From: an uncultured Verrucomicrobiae bacterium
GTDB lineage: Bacteria; Verrucomicrobiota; Verrucomicrobiia; Methylacidiphilales; UBA1321
Length of the DNA: 64,000 bases
Assembly: GCA_963812985.1 (NCBI GenBank)
Contig: CAWEXI010000002.1
Coordinates: forward strand, 90,880-154,879
Direction of reading: 5' to 3'
Shown here piece after piece: positions 10,595-20,936 of the stretch (the first letter of the stretch is position 1; every line of letters starts with the position of its first letter). The position numbers and the translations under genes are program-made. A model generated the notes under the pieces. The model was not told where the DNA came from. It did no database searches and worked only from the letters and a program-made list of their open reading frames with translations.

Positions 10595-13096
10595 ATGACC
10601 GAATCCGATTACCTTAACCCCCTCGAGGAACCCTGCAGCCCTCGGTTTAGTACTCGCTCCTATCATATAGCTGTTATTCTGGCCCGCATCACCGCGGCGC
10701 TCACGGTTCTGCTGGGCATAAGCGTCCTCGCCGGCTGGGCTCTTCATAACGAGACCCTCAAAACGGTTCTCCCCGGATACGTGAGCATGAAGGCTAACAC
10801 GGCCCTCTGCTTCTTTCTGTCGGGGTTATCTCTTTTCGTGGGGTATCTTTTTCCACGTGCCATCCGTAATAGAACGGTTGCATCAATCCTGGCGTGTATG
10901 GTCATTTTGATCGGCGGTTTGACCGTGAGCGAATACGTCACAAACCGTTCTTTTGGATTGGACCAGCTCGTTTTCCCGGATTCCTCCACAGCTCTTTTCA
11001 CCACCGCCCCCAATCGCATGGCTCCGAATACAGCCATCAGCTTTTTAATCTTTGGTTTGGCTTTAATTGTATTATCTCATGGACCGCGTGGAACTTTGCT
11101 TGCCCACCTTTTGACCCTTTTAGGCCTTTTCATCGCTCTGTTGGCCCTGATTGGATATCTGTTTGATGCGCAGATTTTTGTCAGCATTTTTTCCCAGACG
11201 AAGGTGGCTCTTCACACCATAGCCGGTTTTTGGCTGCTCGGGGTGGGCATCCTGTGCGCACGCCCCAAAAAGGGCCTCATGGCCATTATGTTGGCGCAGA
11301 GCCCCGGGGGGCTTATTGCGCGGCGGTTGATTGCACCCGCCATCATCACGCCCCTTTTTTGCGGCTGGATTGCCTTTCAGGGTCTGGGTCTAAAGTACTA
11401 CGACGCGGGCTTTACGGCTTCGCTCATTGTGCTCTCCAGCATGTTTGTCATTTGCATCCTGACGACCCGTAGCATTTTGGAACTCAATCGCATGGATGCC
11501 GAACGGAGGCGTTTGAGCGCAGCTCGTTTGAATGCCGACGCGCGGGAGGTTGGCGCGCTGGAAGCGTCCCGGCTCAAGTCCGAATTCGTGGCCAACGTCA
11601 GCCACGAACTTCGCACCCCGATGAATGGAGTGCTGGGCATGACCAGCCTCCTGCTCGATTCCCCGCTCACGCTGGAACAGCGCGAAAATGTCGAGACGAT
11701 CCGGCAGAGTGGCGATGCACTGCTGACACTGGTGAACGAGATTCTCGATTTCTCAAAAATTGAGGCCGGCAAGATCGTGCTCGATCAAAAGGCCTTTTCG
11801 CTGGCTACCTGCGTCGACGAAATAATCAACCTGCTGGCAGTGACGGCGCGCCGAAACAAAATCAACCTCATCTCCTTTATCGAGCCGCACGTGATGCCGG
11901 CATTCCTGGGGGACGCCGCGCGCATGCGACAAATTCTGCTCAACTTGATCGGCAACGCTGTCAAATTCACCGATCAGGGCGAGGTTACCGTCGAGGTAAA
12001 TTCACAACCGATAAAAGACAATCTCTACCAACTCGAGTTCGTCATCAGCGATACCGGGATGGGGATTTCGCCCGAATCGATTCCGCTTCTTTTTCAGCCC
12101 TTTCAACAAGGCGACGCCTCCGCCACGCGGAAGCACGGCGGTACCGGACTTGGGCTGACTATCACCAAACGCCTGGTCGAACTGATGGGCGGGGAGATCA
12201 CCGTTTCCAGCGTGCTGGGAGAAGGTTCAATCTTTCGTTTTACCGTCGCTCTTGCCTCCTGCACGCTGGAGGGCCTCATACCTGAGGACCGTCTGCCCTC
12301 TTCCTGCCGGGTGATGATCGTCTCCAAATTTGGCAACTACCCGATCTTGCTCAAACGTCAATTGGAAGCGTGGGGCGTCAGGGTTCCCGGCGTGGTCGAC
12401 CCGATGACGCTGATGAAAATGGGGGAAACCAATTTCACCGCGGTGCTGATGGACCGGGACGAGGAGACCATTACCCTCGCGGCGCAGATGCAGTTCGATC
12501 CCGACTGGAATTCGGTTCCACGCATTCTTCTCGATTTCGAGGAACCGCTCGCGGAGGAACAGGCTGCGCTTTTCGCCCGACGTTTGGCCAAGCCGGTTAA
12601 GCGCAGTCACCTTCTCGCCATGCTGATCGAAATGACCGGCGGCCAGGCTTCCGCCCCCCGGCTGACCGGCCCGCTCGGCCTTCCCCCGCTGGCCGACAAG
12701 CTTCCGCTCCGCATCCTGCTGGCAGAGGACAATCACATCAACCAGAAGGTGGGTCTCGCTCTCTTGGCCCGTCTCGGTTATCGCGCCGATGTCGCCGCCA
12801 ATGGACTTGAGGCGGTGGAAGCCGTGGTTCGTCAACCGTACGATCTCGTTCTTCTGGATATTCAAATGCCCGAAATGGATGGCATCGAGGCGGCGCAGGC
12901 CATGCGCAAAAAATTACAAGACCGCTGCCCTGTTTTGGTGGCCCTCACGGCCAACGCCTTCCACGGCGCGCGCGAAGAATATCTCGCTCAAGGTTTCGAT
13001 GATTATCTGAGCAAGCCCATCCTCCCCCCTGCTCTGCGCCAGTTGATCGCGCGCGTGGGGAAAACGCCAGTGAAGGTTTCGCCGCCGACAAGTTAA
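10595..13096 (+). CDS. Membrane hybrid sensor histidine kinase (multi-TM, HisKA, HATPase, degenerate REC, REC)
   Basis: [59 protein letters not shown]. Confidence 0.93.
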   Translation: MTESDYLNPLEEPCSPRFSTRSYHIAVILARITAALTVLLGISVLAGWALHNETLKTVLPGYVSMKANTALCFFLSGLSLFVGYLFPRAIRNRTVASILACMVILIGGLTVSEYVTNRSFGLDQLVFPDSSTALFTTAPNRMAPNTAISFLIFGLALIVLSHGPRGTLLAHLLTLLGLFIALLALIGYLFDAQIFVSIFSQTKVALHTIAGFWLLGVGILCARPKKGLMAIMLAQSPGGLIARRLIAPAIITPLFCGWIAFQGLGLKYYDAGFTASLIVLSSMFVICILTTRSILELNRMDAERRRLSAARLNADAREVGALEASRLKSEFVANVSHELRTPMNGVLGMTSLLLDSPLTLEQRENVETIRQSGDALLTLVNEILDFSKIEAGKIVLDQKAFSLATCVDEIINLLAVTARRNKINLISFIEPHVMPAFLGDAARMRQILLNLIGNAVKFTDQGEVTVEVNSQPIKDNLYQLEFVISDTGMGISPESIPLLFQPFQQGDASATRKHGGTGLGLTITKRLVELMGGEITVSSVLGEGSIFRFTVALASCTLEGLIPEDRLPSSCRVMIVSKFGNYPILLKRQLEAWGVRVPGVVDPMTLMKMGETNFTAVLMDRDEETITLAAQMQFDPDWNSVPRILLDFEEPLAEEQAALFARRLAKPVKRSHLLAMLIEMTGGQASAPRLTGPLGLPPLADKLPLRILLAEDNHINQKVGLALLARLGYRADVAANGLEAVEAVVRQPYDLVLLDIQMPEMDGIEAAQAMRKKLQDRCPVLVALTANAFHGAREEYLAQGFDDYLSKPILPPALRQLIARVGKTPVKVSPPTS

Positions 13097-15030
13097 TGCC
13101 TGGCAGGGTGTGCCACACCATCAAGGTCGATGTAGCCGGTCGGGCATTTTTGTGCCATCGCAAAAGCTTGTTGCGCTTGGTCCGGCATGCCGGCTTCCCG
13201 ATAATGCTGTCCGAGCCAATACCAAAACTGGCCATTTTCCGGTTGCGCTTTCACCGCCGCCAGAAAGTGGGGTAACGCCTCCGCATACTTGCCCATTAGA
13301 TCGAGTGCCATTCCGATCCGGGGCTGCACGCTGTCATCGAGGGAATTGGTCTGGAGCGCCTTTTCGTAGGCGTCGAGCGCCTTCTTCGCCTCATCCGCGC
13401 GGTCCGTGTCGCTCTTCTGAAACCGGGCTTGGGACCGATGGAGATCTCCCAGCAGGACCAGGTCTTGCGCATTGCCCCGATCGTAATTCAGCGCTTCCTG
13501 CGCCCCTTGAATCGATCCGACGAAGGAAGTTTCGTTCTGGTGGGCGGCAACGTTTTCATAAGTCCAATCCCCGAGCGTGGTCCGCGCCACTTCTACTCCG
13601 TAGATCAAGCTTCCGACAATCAATCCGCCACCAAGCCACCGGCCCAGGGGAGCCAGCGAAATAGTGCTTCCCTGACCAGGCTTCTCCTCGCGAAGACGTC
13701 CCAGGGCTAGGCCGGTCAGGGAGAAAAGCAGCAGCGCGTTGGCCGGGTTGTGCAGATTAAAATCGATCAACGAATGGGCAAGCAACGCGGTCCACGAACT
13801 AAAGCCGACGGCGATCAATACTCGATCCTGCCAGCGATTATCAACATCCAGCGGTTGAAAAAGTTTGAGCGTGACCGCCGTGACAAAAAACATCGCGAGC
13901 GCAAAACCAACCAGACCGTAATCATCGAGGCAGTGGAGGAAATCGTTGTGGGTCAGGTTTGCACCGGAAGTCAGCCCTCCGTCAGGATAGCGGGGATGAA
14001 TCAACGGAAACGTCCCTGGTCCGGCGCCAAAAAGGGGATGGTCGTGGGCGATTCGGATGGTGGCTGTGGCCAGTTGTGCATGAATGTCAGGTTTTCGCGC
14101 GGCGCCTTCCAGCATGAGCCTCGCTTCGTGCAAGCGCGGCCGGGGAATCGACAACTGAACCAGCAGCGTGACGATCAGACAAAGCAGTATGAATGCGCCG
14201 GTGACCGGAATCCACCAACGGACGGCGCCATTGCGGAGGCCCATGACGACCAGGCCGCAGATCGACGCACCCAGCGCGATCCACCCTCCGCGTGAACCGG
14301 AACAGACAACGGCGAGGAGCATCATCAAGGCGAGATAAAACAAAATAATTCGGGCCGGCCATGGGAGTTTTGAAAAGCTGCCCAAAGCCAGAGCGGCCCC
14401 GATTGCCAGGACTAGGAGATTCGCGTAGGCGTTGGGGTTGTTATAGGTGCCTAACCAGCGCGGTGCGAAATCGAGTTGCAGCCGTTCCGCCGGGCCAAAG
14501 GGAAGCCAGTCGAGATGGTTGCTGAAATAATAGCCGAACGCCGTTTCGGCCACTCCGACGACGACCAGCAAATAGAGAAGCACGACGCCGTGCCTTCGGT
14601 TCGGCATGCCATACCGGCAGGTGAGAAAGACTCCAGCGCAGGCCACGATATCCATCACTTCGATCCGCGAAAAATAGGCGGCGGGCGAGGTCAGCCAGCG
14701 GACAACGGCGTAGACAACAAATAGAATGACGGAGAGATCGATTGCATCGACCCGGCGTTGCGTTGCTTCGGCAGGTTTACCGACGAGTCGTATTCCTTGA
14801 ATCAGGAGCAACAGGGCCAAGACGCCAAATAAAGGCAGTTCAACCCATAATCTCGACGCACCGAGAATCAGCGGGCCGGTGGATAATATCACGGCGAGCA
14901 GAAATGTGGTCAGGAGGGCGCCTAGCCCGCCGAAGACATTCGCAGTTTTGGCCGCGCCATGCCGGGAAGAAGAGCGGCGGCGGCGAGTTCTTAATTTCGG
15001 CGTCATGACGGACAAAAAGATCGTGCCCAT
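13093..15030 (-). CDS. O-antigen ligase (Wzy_C) family protein with C-terminal TPRs
   Basis: [39 protein letters not shown]; TPR tail. Confidence 0.85.
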   Translation of the reverse strand: MGTIFLSVMTPKLRTRRRRSSSRHGAAKTANVFGGLGALLTTFLLAVILSTGPLILGASRLWVELPLFGVLALLLLIQGIRLVGKPAEATQRRVDAIDLSVILFVVYAVVRWLTSPAAYFSRIEVMDIVACAGVFLTCRYGMPNRRHGVVLLYLLVVVGVAETAFGYYFSNHLDWLPFGPAERLQLDFAPRWLGTYNNPNAYANLLVLAIGAALALGSFSKLPWPARIILFYLALMMLLAVVCSGSRGGWIALGASICGLVVMGLRNGAVRWWIPVTGAFILLCLIVTLLVQLSIPRPRLHEARLMLEGAARKPDIHAQLATATIRIAHDHPLFGAGPGTFPLIHPRYPDGGLTSGANLTHNDFLHCLDDYGLVGFALAMFFVTAVTLKLFQPLDVDNRWQDRVLIAVGFSSWTALLAHSLIDFNLHNPANALLLFSLTGLALGRLREEKPGQGSTISLAPLGRWLGGGLIVGSLIYGVEVARTTLGDWTYENVAAHQNETSFVGSIQGAQEALNYDRGNAQDLVLLGDLHRSQARFQKSDTDRADEAKKALDAYEKALQTNSLDDSVQPRIGMALDLMGKYAEALPHFLAAVKAQPENGQFWYWLGQHYREAGMPDQAQQAFAMAQKCPTGYIDLDGVAHPARH

Positions 15031-15145
15031 TCTTCCGCCGCCTTGCCAACAGAATTCTAAATGATGTGTATTAGCCGTCTAAGTCTTCCTATTTCAAAAC
15101 GGATTGGCTGTACGCGGCGATTCGGGCAAGGCAAAATGTTTTTAC

Positions 15146-15454
15146 ATGACTCCTCGCCGCCTGCTGTTTCCCGAATCTCAGCCCGGCCATGCGCCGGAAA
15201 AATTCGAAGACTTGCTCGCCCGCCTCGAACAGATCGTTTCGGATATGGAGAATGCCGAACTGCCCCTGGAAAAACTGCTGGAAGGCTACGAGGAAGGTAT
15301 GCGCCTTGTCAAAACGTGCAGCGAACGGCTGGCCGAGGCGGAACAAAAGGTCGAAATTCTTTCCCGCTCCCCTTCCCCCGAAGCAGCCAAGGCGCCCGTC
15401 GCGGCGGACGAAAATCCGCCGCCCGCGGCCAAGAACGAGATCAAGTTGTTTTAA
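15146..15454 (+). CDS. xseB: Exodeoxyribonuclease VII small subunit
   Basis: FEDLLARLEQIVSDME..LPLE..YEEGMRLVKTC..AEQKV. Confidence 0.93.
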   Translation: MTPRRLLFPESQPGHAPEKFEDLLARLEQIVSDMENAELPLEKLLEGYEEGMRLVKTCSERLAEAEQKVEILSRSPSPEAAKAPVAADENPPPAAKNEIKLF

Positions 15455-16214
15455 CGTCGCGGATGAATCCCTCGGCGGCACTGCGAATGGCCGAGGCGAC
15501 GTCGGCTTTGGCGACCGCAAACTTTGGACGAAACCAGGGGAAAGCGCCGATGAGATCGTGGGTGACCAAAATCTGCCCGCCGCAATGGATTCCGGAACCG
15601 ATCCCGATGGTGGGGATATCGAGCTTGGCCGTAATGGCGCGGGCCAGCTCCGGCTCGACCAGTTCCAGTACGACCGCGAACGCGCCTGCCTCCTGCACGG
15701 CCAACGCATCGGCCACGAGGCGCTCCCTTTCGGCGTCGGAGCGGCCCTTGATCTTGTAGCCGCCTTCCTCCTTCACCGATTGCGGCAACATTCCGATATG
15801 GCCCGTGACCGCAATGCCGGCCTGCCGAAGCGCGCGAATTTCAGCCACCATTTCCGTGCCGCCCTCAAGCTTCACCGCTTCCGCGCCCGCATCGATCAGA
15901 ATGCGCGCGTTGGTTAGGGCCGCCTCGGGCGTGTCGTAGGTGTGATATGAAAGATCGGCCACGACGAGCGCCCTGGTCATTGCGCGTGCCACGGCGGCGA
16001 CATGGTGCCTCATCTCGGCCAGTGTGACCTGCGTCGTATCGGGATAGCCGAGCACGACCATGCCGAGCGAATCACCCACGAGAATGAGAGGCACGCCCGC
16101 TTCATCGAGCAGACGCGCGGTCGGGTAATCATAGGCGGTCAACGCCGGAATTTTTTCTCCGCGTGCCTTGGCTCCACGAATCCAGTCGGGCGTGATTTTC
16201 TCCTTGGATTCCAT
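15441..16214 (-). CDS. panB: 3-methyl-2-oxobutanoate hydroxymethyltransferase
   Basis: LTAYD, LVGDSLGM, VKLEGG, IPTIGIG. Confidence 0.97.
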   Translation of the reverse strand: MESKEKITPDWIRGAKARGEKIPALTAYDYPTARLLDEAGVPLILVGDSLGMVVLGYPDTTQVTLAEMRHHVAAVARAMTRALVVADLSYHTYDTPEAALTNARILIDAGAEAVKLEGGTEMVAEIRALRQAGIAVTGHIGMLPQSVKEEGGYKIKGRSDAERERLVADALAVQEAGAFAVVLELVEPELARAITAKLDIPTIGIGSGIHCGGQILVTHDLIGAFPWFRPKFAVAKADVASAIRSAAEGFIRDVKTT

Positions 16215-16273
16215 TGAAACAAACTATCACATCGCCCGCTGAAGCCCTCCACTAAAAACTTGTTTTACGTCCG

Positions 16274-16753
16274 TTAATTCGGCAATTTCATCAGGAACTC
16301 CGCAACGGTTTTTGTCTGGCCGGGTAAAATCAGCTCGGGCCGCAAATGCGATAGGGGTTCGAGAACGAAGCGGCGTAGATGCGCGCGCGGATGGGGGATA
16401 ACGAGGCCCATCTGGTCGATTCGTTCGATACCGTAATAGATGATATCGAGATCAAGTGGACGGGGAGCATTCGTTTCGTGCAAGGGCGACCTTCCACGTT
16501 CGAGCTCGATTTCCTGAAGGCAGGCGAGCAGGTTGAGCGGCGGAATGACCACCGTATCGATTTCGATCTCGGCCACGGAATTGAGAAAGGGAAGCGATCC
16601 AGGCGGGCAATCGACGGGCGCGGTCTCGATGCGGGGCGATTCGCGGACTTTGCCATGCTCGGCGAGTTCGCGCAGGTAGGCGATTCCGGCGTCAAGTTCC
16701 GCGGAGCGATCACCCAGGTTGGAACCGAGGGCGATGCCGACGGGGACGATCAT
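16274..16753 (-). CDS. folK: HPPK (2-amino-4-hydroxy-6-hydroxymethyldihydropteridine diphosphokinase)
   Basis: IALGSNLGDR, FLNSVA, PRPLDLDI, IPHPR..RRFVLEPL. Confidence 0.95.
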   Translation of the reverse strand: MIVPVGIALGSNLGDRSAELDAGIAYLRELAEHGKVRESPRIETAPVDCPPGSLPFLNSVAEIEIDTVVIPPLNLLACLQEIELERGRSPLHETNAPRPLDLDIIYYGIERIDQMGLVIPHPRAHLRRFVLEPLSHLRPELILPGQTKTVAEFLMKLPN

Positions 16754-16812
16754 TGGCTTTTATCTAGCAGCGAAAGATCAGAAACAAAAGGCGGGAGGCG
16801 AATGGTAAGAGA

Positions 16813-16887
16813 TCCTTCAACAAGCTCAGGATGACAATCTTTTGATGAGTCGCTTTCGCGACACCGCCGTCTCACGACGGCGGCTAC
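16813..16887 (-). repeat. Composite REP-like repeat, copy 1
   Basis: GTAG-CCGCCGTC-GTGA-GACGGCGG hairpin followed by GTCATCCTGAGCTTGTTGAAGGA, just after the rplT stop. Confidence 0.65.
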
Positions 16888-16890
16888 CGA

Positions 16891-17241
16891 CTAAGCCTTC
16901 TTGACGCTCTGGACGATGGCGGCGAACGCGGCGGGCTCGTTCACGGCCAAGTCGGCGAGGACCTTGCGGTCGATCTCGATCTTCGCCTTGGTCAGCGCTT
17001 CAATGAAACGGCTGTAGGTGATATCGAAACCGCGCACGGCGGCGTTGATGCGCGCGACCCAGAGGTTGCGGAAATTGCGCTTGCGGACTTTGCGATCACG
17101 ATAAGACCAATACTGGCCTTTCATGGTGGCGTCCTTGGCGTAGCGGAAAAGTTTGCTGCGGCGGCCGCGGTATCCTTTGGCTTTTTGGATGACGCGTTTG
17201 CGGCGTTCGCGTGAGGCGGGGGCGTTGGTGGTGCGGGGCAT
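16891..17241 (-). CDS. rplT: 50S ribosomal protein L20
   Basis: AKGYRGRRSK, RKRNFRNLWVARINAA. Confidence 0.98.
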   Translation of the reverse strand: MPRTTNAPASRERRKRVIQKAKGYRGRRSKLFRYAKDATMKGQYWSYRDRKVRKRNFRNLWVARINAAVRGFDITYSRFIEALTKAKIEIDRKVLADLAVNEPAAFAAIVQSVKKA

Positions 17242-17277
17242 GGTCGTGGTCTCCTAAACTGAAATTTTACGCGCGTT

Positions 17278-17487
17278 TTAGGCGAAGGGCAGGTTGGCCC
17301 GGATGCGATACTCGTCAGTCTTGTCGACCTGCTTCATCTTGGCGAGATGGCGCTTGCGTTTGCGGTTCTTGCTGCCGGCGAGATGGCGGCGTCCCGACTG
17401 GGACGTGAGAATTTTACCCGTGGAGGTGATCTTGAAGCGCTTCGCCACGGCTTTCTTGGTTTTACGGCGGGCAATAGATTTGGGCAT
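17278..17487 (-). CDS. rpmI: 50S ribosomal protein L35
   Basis: KTKKAVAKRFKITSTGK; infC-rpmI-rplT order. Confidence 0.97.
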   Translation of the reverse strand: MPKSIARRKTKKAVAKRFKITSTGKILTSQSGRRHLAGSKNRKRKRHLAKMKQVDKTDEYRIRANLPFA

Positions 17488-17491
17488 ACGA

Positions 17492-18136
17492 TTAAGTGTT
17501 ACCGTTCAAAGCAGGCGCTGGCTCTTTCGAAGCCGGGGCCGGAGGGGCGGAATCGTGAGATTCTTCCTCCTGGGCCGGTTCATCCTCGTGGGAGAATTTG
17601 CGCACCCTTTTTCGAGCGGGCAGTGGTGATAGCATCAAATTGATGCTTTTGCCAATTAATTTCGGTTCGGTATCGGCGACGCCGATTCCGGCGAGGTCGG
17701 CGCGCATGCGGCGGATGAGATTCATGCCGATATCCTGATGCATCATTTCGCGTCCGCGAAACTTCAACTGCAGCTTCACTTTCATGCCCTTCCACATGAA
17801 CTCTTCGGCATGGCGCATCTTCACACCGTAGTCGTGCTCGTCGATGTTCATGTGAAAATTCAGCTCCTTCAGCTTGGTCGCCGAGGAGTTCTTTTTCGTG
17901 TCCTTTTCCTTCTTGTCCAGGTTGTATTTGAACTTCCCGTAATCGAGAATCTTGCAGACGGGCGGGTTGGCCGCCGGATTGACCTCGACGAGATCGAATC
18001 CCCGCTTGCGCGCTTCTGTCATCGCCTCGGCCAGCCCCATCACACCGAGTGATTTGCTGTCGGAATCGACGATGACCAAGACTTCGCGGGCGCGAATTTT
18101 GTTGTTGGCACGGATGAAGGATTTGTGGATAGCGAT
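17492..18136 (-). CDS. infC: Translation initiation factor IF-3 (probable ATC start)
   Basis: DLVEVNPAANPPVCKILDYGKFKY; conserved NNKIRAREV lies upstream of the first near-canonical start; in-frame ATC at 18136 and 18130. Confidence 0.95.
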   Translation of the reverse strand: MAIHKSFIRANNKIRAREVLVIVDSDSKSLGVMGLAEAMTEARKRGFDLVEVNPAANPPVCKILDYGKFKYNLDKKEKDTKKNSSATKLKELNFHMNIDEHDYGVKMRHAEEFMWKGMKVKLQLKFRGREMMHQDIGMNLIRRMRADLAGIGVADTEPKLIGKSINLMLSPLPARKRVRKFSHEDEPAQEEESHDSAPPAPASKEPAPALNGNT

Positions 18137-18185
18137 ATTGCCTCTCAGGTTAGGGTTTTAGTGCGGCAGCCGTGGACATGCAGAA

Positions 18186-20036
18186 TCAGAGGGAACGGTT
18201 TGAAATTTCGCCCAAGAGCTGGTGAAAGAATTCGGGCCATGGCTGGGCCACGGGGGCGGTTAATTTTCGGCTGCGCACAGATACTTGTTCACTCGTGGAT
18301 TCTCTTTCACCAACTGTAATTATGTAGGGCACCTTGGCCAGTTCCGCAAGCCGAATTTTAGCGCCAAGCTTTTCACGCGAGTCGTCCAGCGACACTCGCA
18401 CGTCCTTTTCCTTTAGCTCTTTAACCAATCTCTGCGCATAGTCATTTTGCGCCTCGGTCACGGTAAGAATCCGGACCTGTTCCGGTGCAAGCCACACCGG
18501 GAATGATCCGGCAAAGTGCTCGATCAGGCAGCCGATGAAGCGTTCCATGCTCCCAAACGGCGCGCGATGGACCATCACGGGCCGGTGTTCCTTGCCGTCG
18601 GAGCCGGTGTAGGTCAGATCAAAGCGGATGGGCAGGTTGTAATCGACTTGGACGGTGCCCAATTGCCATTCGCGGCCGAGGACATCCTTGACCACAAAAT
18701 CGATTTTGGGACCGTAAAAGGCCGCCTCGCCCGGTTCTTCCGAAAACGGCACGCCCAGGCTGGCAGCGGCATCGCGGCACGCTTTTTCGGCCTTGTCCCA
18801 ATTGGCGGGATCACCGGTATATTTGGCGCTATCGGGATCGCGCAGGCCTACGCGGACGCGATAATCCTTCATGCCGAGTAAATTGAACACGGTCTTCACG
18901 AGGTTCAGGCAGCCAAGCACTTCGGCGGGGAGCTGTTCCTCCGTGCAGAAAAGATGGGCGTCGTCCTGGGTAAAGGCGCGTACTCGGGTCATGCCGCCAA
19001 GCTCGCCCGATTGTTCCCAACGATAGACCGTTCCAAACTCGGCCAGGCGGATGGGCAGGTCGCGATAGGAATGCTTTTGGCTGGCAAAAATCTTAATGTG
19101 ATGGGGGCAATTCATCGGCTTGAGCAGGTAGCCGTTGATCTCGCCGGCATCGAGCTTGTTGGAGAGCTCGCCGCAGGTGCAGTTTTCCTTCGCGAGCAGA
19201 TCGAGCGTCTCGCGATCGACGATGGGCGGGTATTGCGACTCCTTATAATAAGGGAAATGGCCGCTGGTGCGATAGAGGCCGAGCTTGCCGATGTGGGGTG
19301 TGAAGACCTGGCTGTAACCCTGGCGGGTCAACTCCTGGCTGATAAAGGACTGCAATTCCTGGCGGATGATGGCGCCGTTCGGCAGCCAGAGCACGAGCCC
19401 CTGCCCGACTTCGTCGTCGATGTGGAAGAGTTTCAGGTCGCGTCCGAGTTTGCGGTGGTCGCGCTTCTTCGCCTCCTCCAGCAAATTGAAGTGCGCTTCC
19501 ATCTCGGTCTTGTTCTTGAAGGCGGTGCCGTAAATGCGCTGGAGCTGTGGGTTCTTTTCGTCGCCGAGGTAGTAGGTGCTCGAGACATGCGTGAGCTTGA
19601 ATGCGCCGACGTTGCCGGTGCGCATGACGTGCGGCCCGGCGCAGAGATCGACGAAATCGCCGTTAGTGTAGAGCGAGATTTCCTCGCCCTCAGGGATGCG
19701 GTTGAGAATATCGAGTTTGAACTTGCTCGGAAACGCGCGATCCGAAAGCGCGGCGAGCCGGCCCGATTCGCCGAGCTTGATCGCCTCGTCGCGCGAAACG
19801 GTGGAGCGCACAAAGGGCTGGTTCGCATTGGTCACGGCCTTCATTTCGGCCTCGATGCGCTCGAAGTCGGCGGGGCTGATGCGATGCGGCAGATCGACGT
19901 CGTAATAGAACCCGGTCTCCACCGGCGGACCGGCGGCGAGCTGGGCCTCGGGCCAGATTTTCAGCAGCGCGGTCGCCAGCACGTGGGCGGCGGAATGGCG
20001 GACGCGTTCGAGATCGGTCATGACGGGACTCTGCAT
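18186..20036 (-). CDS. thrS: Threonine--tRNA ligase
   Basis: RHSAAHVLA, DLCAGPH, RDHRKLG, LKPMNCP, GEAAFYGPKID. Confidence 0.98.
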   Translation of the reverse strand: MQSPVMTDLERVRHSAAHVLATALLKIWPEAQLAAGPPVETGFYYDVDLPHRISPADFERIEAEMKAVTNANQPFVRSTVSRDEAIKLGESGRLAALSDRAFPSKFKLDILNRIPEGEEISLYTNGDFVDLCAGPHVMRTGNVGAFKLTHVSSTYYLGDEKNPQLQRIYGTAFKNKTEMEAHFNLLEEAKKRDHRKLGRDLKLFHIDDEVGQGLVLWLPNGAIIRQELQSFISQELTRQGYSQVFTPHIGKLGLYRTSGHFPYYKESQYPPIVDRETLDLLAKENCTCGELSNKLDAGEINGYLLKPMNCPHHIKIFASQKHSYRDLPIRLAEFGTVYRWEQSGELGGMTRVRAFTQDDAHLFCTEEQLPAEVLGCLNLVKTVFNLLGMKDYRVRVGLRDPDSAKYTGDPANWDKAEKACRDAAASLGVPFSEEPGEAAFYGPKIDFVVKDVLGREWQLGTVQVDYNLPIRFDLTYTGSDGKEHRPVMVHRAPFGSMERFIGCLIEHFAGSFPVWLAPEQVRILTVTEAQNDYAQRLVKELKEKDVRVSLDDSREKLGAKIRLAELAKVPYIITVGERESTSEQVSVRSRKLTAPVAQPWPEFFHQLLGEISNRSL

Positions 20037-20068
20037 AGGGGATTCTAATCTTGCTTCAAAGCGCCCGG

Positions 20069-20647
20069 TTAATCAACCGCGATGCGTTTTTTCCTAGAGG
20101 CTCTCCGAAAAGTAGGCATGGGTCACGTGAGGAATCGCATTTGGGCCGAATCGAAGCGCGAACGACGAGCATAGCCGCAGTGCTACGTAAGGAGTGAGCA
20201 ATGAAGAGATCGGCCCAATTCGCCGTCACCCTCTGGGCCGAAGTCCTTATGACTTGGGGCGGTGTCGCTCGCTCGTTACGTACCGCAGAGGGTATGCTCC
20301 TCGCTCGACTCCATGCCCCAAGTCAAAAACTCTTTTGGCGTGGCCCATGCCTACTTTTCGGACAGCCTCCAAGCCCGGACGCCGGCTGGTGTGGGCAACG
20401 GCGAGAATATAAATTTCGTTGGAATTATTCGAATAAAAAATCGTATAAGGAAATCGAGCCATTCGACGGCTCTGCGCGACAGTTCCTATTTCAAAAGGCC
20501 AACGATGCGGCGCGTTTTGAATCTCCATTACCCTTTTTTCCAAGGCATCCATGAAATCCCGAGCTATTCAGGATCACGCTGAGAATAATATGCCGCCGAG
20601 CTATCGGCCTCCACCTGGGCCTCCGGATGGTAGGCTGCGGACTTCAA
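20069..20647 (-). CDS. RelE/ParE-family toxin, 3' end interrupted by the MITE
   Basis: MKSAAYHPEAQVEA..YY, RRMARFPYTIFY, ILAVAHTSRRPG; remnant ..KKRIAVD-TAA on the far side of the MITE. Confidence 0.8.
20097..20369. mobile_element. 273-bp MITE with 31-bp terminal inverted repeats
   Basis: GAGGCTCTCCGAAAAGTAGGCATGGGTCACG (20097-20127) vs reverse complement of 20339-20369, 29/31 identical; two internal hairpins; no transposase. Confidence 0.85.
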
Positions 20648-20887
20648 CCGTACTCGCCCGCAGTTCAGCCATGACTTGAGCGGCCGGAATCGCTTTTACC
20701 TTTCCACTCTCCAACTCCTGGATGCGTCTTTCGAGTTCGATCTTCCACAGCCGGTTCCATTCTTTCTTCGAAATCTTCTCCTCAGGCGGTTCCAGTGATT
20801 CCAAAAGTTGACGAGCCAGCCGCGCTCTTACTTTCTTGGAAGCTCAAGTACATTTGCGGTGATTTGTTTTTGCGCGGCAACGGTCAT
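20644..20887 (-). CDS. Addiction-module antitoxin (TIGR02574-like), with indels
   Basis: LELP..RARLARQLLESLE..WKIELERRIQELESGKVKAIP; TTGA overlap with the toxin start. Confidence 0.8.
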
Positions 20888-20936
20888 GGCTGAGAATAAG
20901 GTGCTCTGAATGGCGGCTTTTTCAAGGCGAAACGAA

